In this document: piece after piece, positions 39,502 to 51,302 of the stretch
Position numbering within the stretch: position 1 is the stretch's first letter
How the letters are laid out: each line of letters starts with the position of its first letter
Assembly: GCF_001194135.2 (NCBI RefSeq)
Contig: NC_068981.1
Location: 148,121,130-148,185,129 of the forward strand
Reading direction: 5' to 3'
DNA length: 64,000 nucleotides
Origin: Octopus bimaculoides
Lineage: Eukaryota
The notes under the pieces: generated by a model
What the model was told of the DNA's origin: nothing
The model's input: the letters and a program-made list of their open reading frames with translations, nothing else
Databases searched by the model: none
Made by a program: the position numbers and the translations under genes

Positions 39502-40191
39502 ATGTGAGTTAGAGAGTTATTCAATATACTGCTGGTAGTGTACCCAATTATTAATACCCAAGTGATGGTTATTGCATGGCAATTTCACAATCGAGTGTCA
39601 TATATAGGCGGGGGTAAAAGTGGTTTACCCTTAATTTATACAGCAAAAAGAAAATGGAGGTGATACAAAAATGACATACATCAACCAGCAGATATTCTAT
39701 TATGTCTATTCCCAAACAAAAGGGAGTATTATAAGAATACATACACATGCAAAGACTGTTTGCTACACAAATATATACTAGTAATACATGAAAGAGTAAA
39801 AGATTAAAAGATCAGTTCCTTATGGCTGTTTCTGCCATGAGGCTATGATATCCTCCATGTTAGCTCCATCTCTTCAGTGTTCTGTAGGGATGGATAGATA
39901 GAGTTTGGATGTTGAGTGTGCTTCTAATGAAGCCTAATCAATAGCATCTGATTAAGGGTTTTGATGTTTCAACCAAAATACAATAACAGTTATAAAGAGT
40001 ATTTTTAATCAATCAAAACAAATTTTCTTTGATATTCAGTACAATTTTTTTTAGTTGCCAACAAACTTTTATTTCAACCATTATTTCTGAGATTTTAATC
40101 TGGGAAAGTAAATGTACTGTCCACAACTTTTCATAAGATAGGTGATGCTCAAAATGTAAACAATGAAATGTTCCTCCTGAATAAAATTTTT

Positions 40192-40346
40192 AAATGCTCC
40201 AAATGAATATAATTCTTAAATGCTCCAAGAGAATAAAATTCTTAAAAATGCTCCAAATGAATAGAATTCCCAAATGCTCCAAATGAATAGAATTCCCAAA
40301 TGCTCCAAATGAATAAAATTCCCAAATGCTCCAAATGAATAAAATT
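40192..40346. repeat. 26-bp minisatellite, 6 copies
   Basis: Unit AAATGCTCCAAATGAATA(G/A/T)AATT(CCC/CTT); a degenerate seventh copy lies at about 40166-40191. Confidence 0.9.
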
Positions 40347-40350
40347 TACA

Positions 40351-40548
40351 TTAAACATTTTGTTTGTTAATTTTTTTACTTTTCATCACAGCTTCATTGA
40401 TTTCAGTCTTGGAGAGAATTTTGCAGGATTCTAGTGCACATAGTAGCTGTTGTTGTGCATTACCAATAAACATATTGGCAAGAAAGTTTGGTAAACCTGA
40501 TTTTCCATTGGACATAGTAAACAGTGGTGGGATAACTGTTCCCAGTAC
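40351..40548 (-). CDS. NUDT16: NUDT16-like exon 3
   Basis: Acceptor ttctcag then VLGTVIPPLFTMSNGKSGLPNFLANMFIGNAQQQLL, matching the NUDT16 C-terminal VLGLVRVPLYT..GLPTFLENSFIGSAREQLL pattern. Stop TAA at 40353-40351. Confidence 0.9.
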   Translation of the reverse strand, partial: VLGTVIPPLFTMSNGKSGLPNFLANMFIGNAQQQLLCALESCKILSKTEINEAVMKSKKINKQNV

Positions 40549-42729
40549 CTGAGAAATCATTAACATAGAGATTATGTTTTAAGAGGAGAAGGACAAAATA
40601 TTTCATTTTCATATAAAAGGTACTTCTACCTACTGATCTATTCTTCCTGGGCCACTAATGTCTCTCTTACCCTACATGCTCTCCATACTGATATTTACCA
40701 TCAACCAAAATGCCACCCTTGTTCATCACTCATTACTTCACCTCTACCCCCATCTCTAGCTATCAATTGCTCTCCCCTCACACTCTTATGAAACTTCTTA
40801 CCTCACCCGCCAATCCACTTTCTGTATCCTCTCTTATGCTCACCTCCTTATATCTTGAGAGTTTGCTCTGGCACCCCATCACAACCAGCTTCATCTTCTT
40901 CCCAGCTACTCCCATCCACTCATATAATATCAAGTAGCCATGTATCTTCAGTATAGCAAGACAAGTGTTTGTCTCTCAGTCATACTTTAGCTTTCAACAC
41001 CTGGCTTAAATCCACCTCTCCCTTTAAATACACCCCTCCCCCATCTTAGGGCTTTTAAAATTTTCCTTCTTTTTCCCCCCTATTCTTTTTCTGTTTTGCA
41101 AGTTACTTGACAACCTGACTAGTGCTGGTGGCATACAAAAAGCACCCAGTACACTCTGTAAAGTGGTTGCTGTTAGGAAGGGTATCCAACTGTAGAAACC
41201 ATGCCAAAACTGACACTGAAGCCTTGGGGCAGCTCTGCAGCTAGCTGGATTCCATCAAACTGTCAAACTATGTCAGCATGAGAAATGGTTATGAACTAGA
41301 GAAATTTTCAACAAATTACACAATTAATGTTGTAAGCAAGTTTAATATCACATTTTATGAACATTAAGATTGCTTAATTTCTCATGTTTATGTGCATAAG
41401 ACTAATGCTTCCCTCTCACTATTCCTCTGTCACAACTATAATAATCCTGTATCAATCCTCAAGAACAGTGGCTATAAACAGACTAAAAAATTAGCCTCTA
41501 TTAAAATGCATCAACGTCTTGTATATTAGCAACATAAAAACAACATTAAATGCAATCAAGCATGACTCTCAATAACATAAAACAAAAGACAACAGTATTA
41601 AGAATTACCTACAATAAATCTCCACTACAAATCACATAAGAAAAGTAATAAAATAAAAATGTTACACAAACAATAAGAACACACATACATATCAAAACAA
41701 TAAAGTCATTGCTATCTGGGCTCATAATCCCTCCACAACACATCTAAACAAACTACTAAGAACACAAAGTTGTAATTTCATATCTACACCTATAAAAAAT
41801 CACCTCAATAGACCACACCTATAACCAACCTACACAGAGAACAAAATACATAAAATAAAGAATACCTGAACTTTTTTTAAAATCTTTTAGTCAGGAGAGA
41901 AAGCAGTGCCTATGACCTGTTATATGATCTCTGAGACAGATGACAAGAAGGGAGGAAGGTAGCATCAAACCCACAAGCCTGGCCTGAATGCTTGTAAACA
42001 GAATGGACTCTGCTAAAGATACCAATAGGTGATGTCAAATCAGACAACATATTAATCCTACTACTCGTGTAGGCCATGGAAGGATTTGAACTCAGAGTAC
42101 AAAGTGCGAGAACAGATATTGCAAGGTATCCACTCTGACATTCTAACAGTTCCGTGAATCCTCTATCTCAGAATGGTACTATTTTATTGTGAGAGTTCAT
42201 AGGAGTTTCAAAGGATGATCAGTGTCTGCAAAAACAGTTCCTGTCTGTATTTGTAAACCACTATATATGACTGGTACTAGGTCATCCTTGTGTTACACCT
42301 CACCACAGGATACCTGCAGACACAATCCAGCACCACCAGGTTCTGGAACAGACGATGCCTGGAGTTTACCATTGCCCTCCAGTTAGCCCTAGCACCTGTC
42401 AGACCTGTCCACCTTGGGTGGCCCTACCAGGGACTCAAAGTCCCCAATGGCATAGCTTTGACACTCGTTTAACCTTCCCCTCACAATGAAGTCAAGGGTT
42501 GGACCTTGAGCAAGGGTTGGACTTTGAGCAAGGTTTTTTATTGACTGTGAATGGATGAAAGCCAATATTAAACCTAAAGATTTGAATTCTGTTCAACACT
42601 CTAACAAATGTATCAATATGTCACAAGGAGAACAGTTTGTTGCTATAACAAGTTCCACTTTACTGGAACTTGTTGCAGGTGTCCCTGTTACTGCAGGTTC
42701 AGTTACCCATGAACATGCAAATGCATATA

Positions 42730-43314
42730 CAGTGGCAGCTCGTAGATAAAATTAGTGGGGGTGCTGCTCCAGAAAATTTTAAGCCATTGTTTTAATATTG
42801 TGTAAAAGGAAACAAATATATGAAAAGAATATTTATCCATAAACTTGATTGGTTTGCATTTTAGTCATTGCCGGGTAGTGTGTTTAATTTGTTCACTGAA
42901 CACCACCACGAATACCCCCTTGTTTTTTCAACAATCCCCCCCTAAATCACAAAATAAGGGGGGAAAATCTGCCCTATTTTTCAAAGAGAAACACTACCTT
43001 TCACCGGCACTGCATGAATGACAGTGTTGTCTCTCCTTAGTGTGAAGTTTCCTATCGCAGACATGTGAGTGTGCACACAACAGCCAAACACCACATTGCT
43101 GGAACTGTGAAGTGCACAGTTCTATAGAAGGATTTTTGTATTTTTTTCATAAACTAGGGGATGGCTACTGACATTAAGCTTAAGGATTATATAATGTACA
43201 GGTATAAAGAAAGAATTAAAAAAAAAAGGACCCCTTATATTGAATGTTATCAATAATATTGAGTGAAAATAGGGGGTGCTATAGTTCTGCAGGCTCATAT
43301 ATGAGCAGCCACTA
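42730..43314. mobile_element. hAT-type non-autonomous element in NUDT16 intron 2
   Basis: Ends CAGTGGCAGCTCGTA / TATGAGCAGCCACTA with a perfect 8-bp TSD TGCATATA (42722-29 and 43315-22). Confidence 0.85.
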
Positions 43315-43819
43315 TGCATATACAATGTTGTCCTAAATAAGATAACATTACAGGTGTGAAAGACTGGGAACATTACGTTTCCCACTCAGTCCAGTCAAAC
43401 AAAAAATGCATATGATTACAAAAATAGCAGTAGTACCAGCATCTCATAAGCACTTACTGTCACCATTATAGATAGATAAGTCATACCTGTATTACAAAGG
43501 GCCAGCCTTGTTACATTCCGTCTCACACTGAATCTGCTTGAGAATACGTTAAGAGTATGTGTGGATGTGGAGAGCTCAGCTGCTTGCATGTTAATTTCAT
43601 GAGCAAGCTATTGTGCTGATTGGATCAACTGGAACCCTCATTGTTATAACTGATGGAGAGTCAGGCTAGAGATAAATGCAGAAGAACAGTTGATGAATTC
43701 TGACCAAGTGCATTCTGACTATATTAGTTAAGACCATCAACAGAACCTACTGGATCAGACAGGACAGCATAATGTGTATTCCATACATAAAAACCCTTCA
43801 TGTCAGAATGAACAGTATA

Positions 43820-44008
43820 CAAGGGAGGGCTGAAAGACGTGGTTGGAGGCCCAACTCTCTGAGTTCTTTTACAGGGTTTACAAAAACTGAAGGACTACTG
43901 CAATAAGTGTTTGAATCTGAGAAGGAAATATGTTGAATAAAATCATAATTAACTGATCCTCCTGTATTTTCCTTTACTCAAAGTCAGGAACTTTTCAGCA
44001 CCCCTTCA
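43820..44008 (+). mobile_element. Same mariner MITE, internally deleted copy
   Basis: High similarity to 1-217; TA on both sides. Confidence 0.8.
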
Positions 44009-44574
44009 TAGTCCCCAATCACACAGAGGAATGGTATATCTAGAGTAGTGAATAAATGGCTTACACCCAGTCATTTAAGCACATTTCATTGATCTATATC
44101 ATATTACTAGACATCTATCTATTTTATCATGGTTGACTGGGTTTACACAAAGACAAAAAAAAACAAAAATGGCATGCTTTGATTATCATGTTGCACTCTA
44201 TTACAACCAGTAAGTGTGTGATTATGATGGACTATATATACTCAAGTTAGGCATTTTTAGAAAGCTGAATTTATGGATTGAACTGCAAAAATATCATAGC
44301 TGGGATGGGGAGGGGGGCTTTGCTGTCCTGGGCAGCTGTATAAATCTGTATAGACAGGTTTGTGTGAAGTGGGGAGCAAACTTAAGGGTCATCCTGGACA
44401 GCAATGTCTTGAAGGGTTTAAACAATCAAATTAACCCCAGTAATTGCCTTTAAAATCTGGTACTTATTTTATTAGTCTCTTTTGCTGAACCATTAAGTTA
44501 CAGAGGCATAAACAAACCAACACTGGTTGTCAAACAGTGTGGGAACAAACAGAAATACTAACACATACACACAA

Positions 44575-44621
<47 letters not shown>

Positions 44622-45482
44622 AGGGCATTACTATACAAGAATGCCTAGAGGCGCAATGGCCCAGTGGTTAGGGCAGCGGACTCGCNNNNNNNNNNNNNNN
44701 NNNNNNNNNNNNNNNNNNNNNNNNNNNNNNNNNNNNNNNNNNNNNNNNNNNNNNNNNNNNNNNNNNNNNNNNNNNNNNNNNNNNNNNNNNNNNNNNNNNN
44801 NNNNNNNNNNNNNNNNNNNNNNNNNNNNNNNNNNNNNNNNGGAACTACGTTAAGGGTACACGTATCTGTGGAGTGCTCAGCCACTTGCACGTTAATTTAA
44901 CGAGCAGGCTGTTCCGTTGATTGGATCAACTGGAACCCTTGATGTCATAAGTGACAGAGTGCCAACAACAACAATATATATATATATACATACATACACA
45001 CGATGGGCTTCCACACAGTTTCCAACTACCAAATTCTCTTACAAGGCATAAGTTGACCTGAGGCTAGAGTAGAAGACATTTGCCCATGGTGCAGTGCAGT
45101 GTACTAGAACCCGAAACCTTGTGGTTGCAAAGCAAGCTTCTTAACCACACAACCATGCCTATGCCTCAGTCCAATCTATTTGGTTTTGTTGCAAAGACGA
45201 GGCATAATTCTGTTGTTATTGTTGTTGTTATTGTTATGATGACGATCATCATTGTCATCCTAACAACTACAACAATAAAATTATGTCTCATTTTTACAAT
45301 AAATTATATAGATTGGATATTAAAAAAAATTATCAGATCAAATATATTTTGAGCATCTATCTAATTATCTCCCAAAATACAATCTACAAAATGCCTCACA
45401 ACTTTGTTACAAATAGTGAAAAAAGTGAAAAATGAAAAGAAAAAGCTAGGGATTGGGAAAACTTCCAAATATTTTGAAATAC

Positions 45483-45749
45483 CTCTGTTCCATAACATTC
45501 TGAAGTAAGACTTGCTGCTTGTATTTCATTGAAATCATTCTCTGTCACAGACTTTATAAAGAAATGTAGTACAAGATTTTTTTGTCTGTAAAAATGTGAC
45601 ACAAGATGATCGCTATCTTTGATAGAGTATTTGTCAAGATTTAAAGCAATTTCTTCTTGTAGTTCTCGGTTTAGACCCATCACAATTGTTTCATCTGCTT
45701 CCACAGCGCCACCAGGAAATCCTATGCATCCATCAAAACGAAACTGCAT
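45483..45749 (-). CDS. NUDT16: NUDT16-like exon 2 with Nudix box
   Basis: Acceptor tttcttttag then MQFRFDGCIGFPGGAVEADETIVMGLNRELQEEIAL; RFDGxxGFPGG and GLNRELxEE are NUDT16 hallmarks. Donor GAG|GTATTT; 267 nt, phase 0/0. Confidence 0.93.
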
Positions 45750-45891
45750 CTAAAAGAAATAAAGACAAATGCCAAAGAATTGGTTATTGTTTTCATCTTA
45801 TAACAACTATTGTTTGTAGATTCATGTATTAAAGTGGATGTGTGTGTGTGTGTGTGTGTGAGTGTGTGTGTGTGTACGCATATGTGTGAAT

Positions 45892-46232
45892 ATGCATAGC
45901 TCAGTGGTTACAGTGTTGGGCTTACAATCACGAGGTTGTGAGTTCAATTCCCAGACTAGGCTATGTGATGTATTCTTGAGCAAAACACTTTATTTCATGC
46001 TGCTCCAGTTCATGCAACTGTTGAAATGAGTTGCAATACTACTGGTGCCAAGTTGAATCAGCCTTTGCCTTTCCCCTTGGACAACATTGGTGATGAGGAG
46101 AGGGGAGACTGGTATGCATGGGTAACTGCTGGTCTTCCACAAACAACCTAGCCCGGACTTGTGCCTTGAAAGGGAACATTCTAGGTACAATCCCATGGTC
46201 ATTTGCAACCAAAGGGGGTCTTTACCCTTTTA
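45892..46232 (+). mobile_element. tRNA-derived SINE family D
   Basis: gcatagctcagtggttacagtg...gagttcaattccc head and ttgagcaaaacactt body. Decayed relatives lie near 22507 and 21180. Confidence 0.7.
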
Positions 46233-46529
46233 TTCTTTATAACTATATCTATCTATCTATATATATATACTAGTTATAGGATTCATTAGAATCTAGGTAC
46301 ATCAACACATAGGACACCTGAAGTGGCTAGGTAGGATTCACAGTGAGGTAAAACCAGCATGGTGGGTATCGCATGTTGGTAGGATACTGCAACTGTGTAT
46401 GTACCAAATCCAATTTATACACTAGCTCTGACTCAGGGATGATTCTAGGTGTAGTGTAAGTATAAGAAAGAACAAAAATTGAGATTAAAATTTATGACAG
46501 CTGTTTCAGTATAACTTTACTGATGTATT

Positions 46530-46736
46530 CATAGAGTGATCAGTCGTGATGGACATTTAATACTATACATTTTGGAGTGGTTGGCGTTAGGAAGGGCATC
46601 CAGCTGTAGAAACTCTGCCAAATCAGATTGGAGCCTGGTGTTGCTTCCTGGTCCACCAGTCCTCAGTCAAATCGTCCAACCCATGCTAGCATGGAAAGCG
46701 GACGTTAAACGACGACGATGATGATGATGATGATGA
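46530..46736 (+). mobile_element. RTE-type 3'-UTR/tail module (young copy)
   Basis: Nearly identical to 12688-12866. Confidence 0.8.
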
Positions 46737-46745
46737 TATATATAT

Positions 46746-46776
<31 letters not shown>

Positions 46777-46899
46777 AAGTGAGAGAGATATACATACATA
46801 CATACTTATATACATATACAAATATATATATATGTATACACACACACATATATGAAATTATTTTAGGTTTTATTATTATTATTAATTATTATTATTATT

Positions 46900-47200
46900 A
46901 AGGCGGGAAGCTGGCAGAATCGTCAGCATTCTGGGCAAAATGCTTAGCAGTCTTTCGTCCTTCTTTATGTTCTTAACATTATATCCATCAAAGAATGTCT
47001 ATGAGCACTCATTAGCATGCTGGGCGAAATGCTTAGCAGTATTTCGTCCGTCTTCACGTTCTGAGTTCAAATTCCACCGAAGTCAACTTTGCCTTTCATC
47101 CTTTCAGGGTCATTAAAATAAGTACCAGCCGAACACTGAAATCGACGTAATCAACTAGCCCCTCTCCCAAATTTCAGGCCTTGTGCCTATAGTAGAAAGG
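46900..47200 (+). mobile_element. SINE family B copy with duplicated head
   Basis: ggcgggaagctggcagaatcgtcagc...gagttcaaattccaccgaagtcaactttgcctttcatcc. Confidence 0.8.
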
Positions 47201-48303
47201 ATTAATTAGTCACACGGTTTAACATCACCATCGGACCCTTGAATGCCTTTAAAGAAGTCCTGTCTCTTGCAACCTTTCTGATCAGATCTCTAGTCTATGG
47301 ATAATTCAATCCAATGGCTTCTTGTTAAGACAGCAATCACATGTCATAATTTTTTCTATTCTACNNNNNNNNNNNNNNNNNNNNNNNNNNNNNNNNNNNN
47401 NNNNNNNNNNNNNNNNNNNNNNNNNNNNNNNNNNNNNNNNNNNNNNNNNNNNNNNNNNNNNATATATACATATATATATATAAAAAGAAACAATTATGGG
47501 TGTTACCCTTTCCCATTTGAATAAGTTAAAATTTTAAAAAAATAATGAAACAGAAAATAACAATCGTATTATCGAAAAGCAACATAATTTACAAAAGTAA
47601 ACAGTAAAATCTGCCCATTTTTTCTATTTTTCTTTTTTTTTTCTCTCGCCCCTTTTTGCTTTTCTCTGTCTTTCATTTGTAAAAACTATATTAGATAAAA
47701 TTAAATTTGATTTATTGATGAAAAAAAAAGAAGATAAATAAATAAAAAGGTATGCACACTCCTTCAGTTAAACATTATACCAGGGGATACTAAAAAAGAT
47801 TTTGGAGCAACCCAGAATACAGCATTCCCGTCATTAACCATAAGACACAAGTATCCCCACAATCGTCGTCTGGACACTTTGGTGAGACAGGACGTCGTCA
47901 ACGATGTCGAAAACTCCTTTGTCAGTGGCCCAGCTGTGTAAATGTTACTGAATTCATCGACAAGTCACGGTATTTCAGTATCTTATTCTATTTAGTAACG
48001 GACATGAACGAAAGCAGAACCTCTCAACCGAGATATAACTGAAAACTTAACAGTACGTGGAATATATCAACCAAACAAACTCTTTTCTGAATAGGTTCGA
48101 AAATAATGTAAATTATTAAAAATTTACATTTATTTCAAATTCTTAGTAATTACACGGAATAAACACCCACAAATTCTGTGTTTATTGTTATTATTTCTTT
48201 TTATTTCGATCTGCTTTAAAAAGAAAAACAGGCACTCGTCAAAGAAAACGCGTAAGTTTAAAAAAATACGTGTGGTAGTTTTAAGCAGACTACAGCTTCG
48301 CTT

Positions 48304-48317
48304 GTTACTATGGAAAC
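48304..48317. promoter_or_regulatory. Candidate RFX X-box
   Basis: GTTACTATGGAAAC fits GTHNYYATRRNAAC. CCAAT at 48323 and ATTGG at 48344 are nearby, in a CpG-retaining patch. Confidence 0.35.
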
Positions 48318-49095
48318 AAGCACCAATATATCTATAGCTTTCAATTGGTTAAAATTAACAAACATTTAAAGCTGTTTGCTTTTTAATTATTAATTTATAG
48401 CAAAAATAAATTTTATTTTCATAATTAGCATACAAAACTGAATCAGTAAACCAGATTTGAAAACGATCGTGATAGCATCAACAATGATCTGCCAAATCTT
48501 CATATCACATTCTACTAGAAAGGAAATTCTAGTGATGTAATCCTAAAAACAGTGTCTAGGGAGAACAGATGAAGCACTTATGGTTAAAATGCTCTCGCTG
48601 GTCTGTTTATTCAGGTGAAACAACATACACCTCACATTGTGTTTCTCGAACGTTGATACAATAGATACCACGTGTACAATTCCAACTGGACGGTCCTGTT
48701 TCACAGTACAGTATTAATAAACTTGAATATATCAATGTACAGGTATTTGTATTTCATTTCATTATATAAGTAAGTTTAATGTTTGTTTAATTTAGTGTGT
48801 TGACCAAGGTGACTGCCCTTGGTTCGGAAATATCAGCAATCAGGAAATGTTTTGGAACCAAATGTTCCTGAAAATCTTAGATACATTAAGATAATATTGT
48901 CTTAAGGTTCATTATAGCGGGATAAAAAAAAAAAAAAACGATGATCAAGATTGGAGCGGCTTTGTTAGGCCTCACCTGTAGCTAAACAATAATTATGCAA
49001 ATGTGAAACGTCAAATTTTCGTCAAAGCGAAAAACGGCCGAGATAGAAAGAGAAAAGGAAGAACAGCAAATAAATAAGTTAGTTATAATGCTTAC

Positions 49096-49308
49096 CATGA
49101 TATGAGCTTTCATCGTGTTCCTACACCAAGTTTTATTCGTTCGGCAATATATCATACAATGGGCGGCATGATTATATTCCGACGTAGGAATATCATTAAC
49201 ACAAGGAGATAGAAGTCGAACGAAACTCGTGTCCGAACTGTTGTCATATTGTGATCGGTCGTCTTCGAGGCGGCTATCCATGACAACTCCTTCTGTGTAA
49301 CCCGCCAT
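49096..49308 (-). CDS. NUDT16: NUDT16-like Nudix hydrolase exon 1 (71 codons)
   Basis: MAGYTEG...YNHAAHCMIYC...KAHIM then donor ATG|GTAAGC (phase 0). HAAHCMIY aligns to the NUDT16 HACHALLY motif. The start codon choice is inferred. Confidence 0.8.
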
Positions 49309-49886
49309 TCCTTGCTGTTGTTAATGAAAAGTAAACAACTGTAAAGAAGCAGACAGCTAATCTAAGTTCCACGTAACAAATAAAACCTCTTTATGAATGT
49401 ATTTCTTATAAAATACACTATTGTTTATGTGTTTAAATTAATTTTGTAAATTATCCAGAATTCGGATGGATTTTAATAAAGTTTTTTTTTTTACCTAACG
49501 GAATTCATTGGATTACTACCTATATCAATTTTCAAGTTCCGTTTTCTTTTTTTCAACGTTCATGCGTTAACTGGTGTGTTTACTTGGATTTAAACTTTTT
49601 ATTTTTATATTTTATCCTATCTCTTTATTAATTTTATGTTAATTTACAAAAGTAAAAATTAATAGATAATAAAAATAAATAAATAAATAAGCATGCCCAC
49701 TCCCTCAAATATATATCGTACCCGAAAATACGAGTGCTGCCCTCCAAAAATTTTTGTGATATTCCCAAATATTCAAAGCATTTCTGCAGGTGATTGTGAG
49801 GTTGAGTATCATCTGATATTGTTACGAGAGAGGAACACCAACGATAACAAAAACTTTGTCAGCGGCCAGTTGGGTCGAGAAGCTGA

Positions 49887-49968
49887 CCCTAACCCTAACA
49901 CCACCCGTTTTCGGCGTAACAAAAACCCTAACACTATCCCTAAACCCTAACCCTAACCCTAACCCTAA
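49887..49968. repeat. Interstitial telomere-like (CCCTAA) cluster
   Basis: Eight CCCTAA hexamers, four of them contiguous at 49945-49968. Confidence 0.8.
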
Positions 49969-50119
49969 ACAACAGGTGTGCATATTCTTTACCTTTGCCC
50001 TGTACTTTGTTGATGAGGGGATTGAAACATGAATGGAATCCCATGAATGGAATTGCCTCCCGTATTTTTTTAAAATAAGATATTTAATCTTTGTTCAATA
50101 TTAAGTAATAGTAATTTCC

Positions 50120-50495
50120 TGTTGGCACTCCATCGCTAACGACGTCGAGGGTTCCATTTGATCAACAGAACAGCCTGCTTGTGAAATTAACGTGCAAGTG
50201 GCTGAGCACTCCACAGACATGTGTACCCTTAACGTAGTTCTCGGGGATATTCAGCATGACACAGTGTGACAAGGCTGGCCCTTTGAAATACAGGTACAAC
50301 AGAAACAGGAAGACAGAGTGAGAGAAAGTTGTGGTAAGAGAGTACAGCAGGGTTCACCACCATCCCCTGCCAGAGCCTTGTGGGTGGAGCTTTAGGTGTT
50401 TTCGCTCAATAAACACCTACAACGCCTGGTCTGGGAACCGAAACTGCGATCTTATGACCGCGAGTCCGCTGCCCTAACCACTGGGCCATTGCACC
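50120..50495 (-). mobile_element. tRNA-derived SINE family C, full copy
   Basis: Head ggtgcaatggcccagtggttagggcagcggactcg and tail ggagtgccaaca. Other copies lie at 44648-44972(+, gapped) and 43495-43672(+, partial). Confidence 0.8.
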
Positions 50496-51070
50496 TCCAC
50501 AATAGTAAATTACTAATACTGTTTATTCATCACTACATAATTATTTCTCGTTAGCTCTTTGATTCTCTCAGCATTAAATATTTACACTGATTTAATTATA
50601 TATTAACTATAACTACATTAACTATATTATATCATAGTAGTTCGTGCTATATCATGTTATACTTGTTTACAGCCATATCACATTGTAAACACCAGTTCTT
50701 GTCAAATTAGCAAAGTTAAGCAATGTCAGTCCTAGTTATTTCTAATTAACATGTTAGAATTAATCCATTGTCCAGTGTAGCACCACTTGGCACCAGTGTG
50801 GGTGCCTTCAGCAGAGCCCGCTCTGCTGCATGCACTTGAATTAGGTCTAGTTCGAAGATGTCTTCCTTCATATCTTCCAAATGTCTTAGAAACTCTCTGA
50901 AGCCGTGGTCACCAACCTCTTTTTGTATCATGAACTGGTTTTATGCAGGACAGTTTTACCACAGACTGGGGTATCACAACCATAACAAAACACAAAGTGC
51001 ATGATATATAATTTAATTATTAGATATATAATACATCTATAATTTAATTATTAGATATATAATACATATA

Positions 51071-51288
51071 TGAGCAGAAATTGAAAAGTTTCTGGCTTTA
51101 AGGGTATCATGAAAGGCCTGGTTGGAGGCCCCACCTTCTGAATTCTTTTATAGGGCTAAGAAAAACTGAAGCACTGCTGCAATAAGTGTATGAATCTGGG
51201 AAAGAATATGTTGAATAAAATCATAATTACCTGATACTCCTGTATTTTCTTTTACTCAAAGCCAAGAACTTTTCAGCACTCCCTTGCA
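51071..51288 (+). mobile_element. Same mariner MITE, full copy
   Basis: Both TIRs are present, with TA at 51069-70 and 51289-90. Confidence 0.8.
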
Positions 51289-51302
51289 TATGTCGATATG
51301 GC

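Noticed and set aside
40192-40346. CRISPR-like regular repeats
   Set aside because: Units are contiguous with no unique spacers, the context is eukaryotic, and there are no cas genes; it is a minisatellite.
40700-41900. C/A-rich stretches that might be decayed Penelope or LINE coding sequence
   Set aside because: Only weak motif impressions; not supportable without a profile search.
44649-44685. tRNA-like sequence
   Set aside because: It is the head of SINE family C and not a complete cloverleaf. No bona fide tRNA or rRNA gene was recognised in the window.
47762-48040. Open frames in the CpG patch of NUDT16 intron 1
   Set aside because: No start codon or convincing splice sites, and no recognisable protein similarity.
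48457-48475. GAAAACGATCGT palindrome like the hammerhead stem III
   Set aside because: No CUGANGA core or stems upstream.
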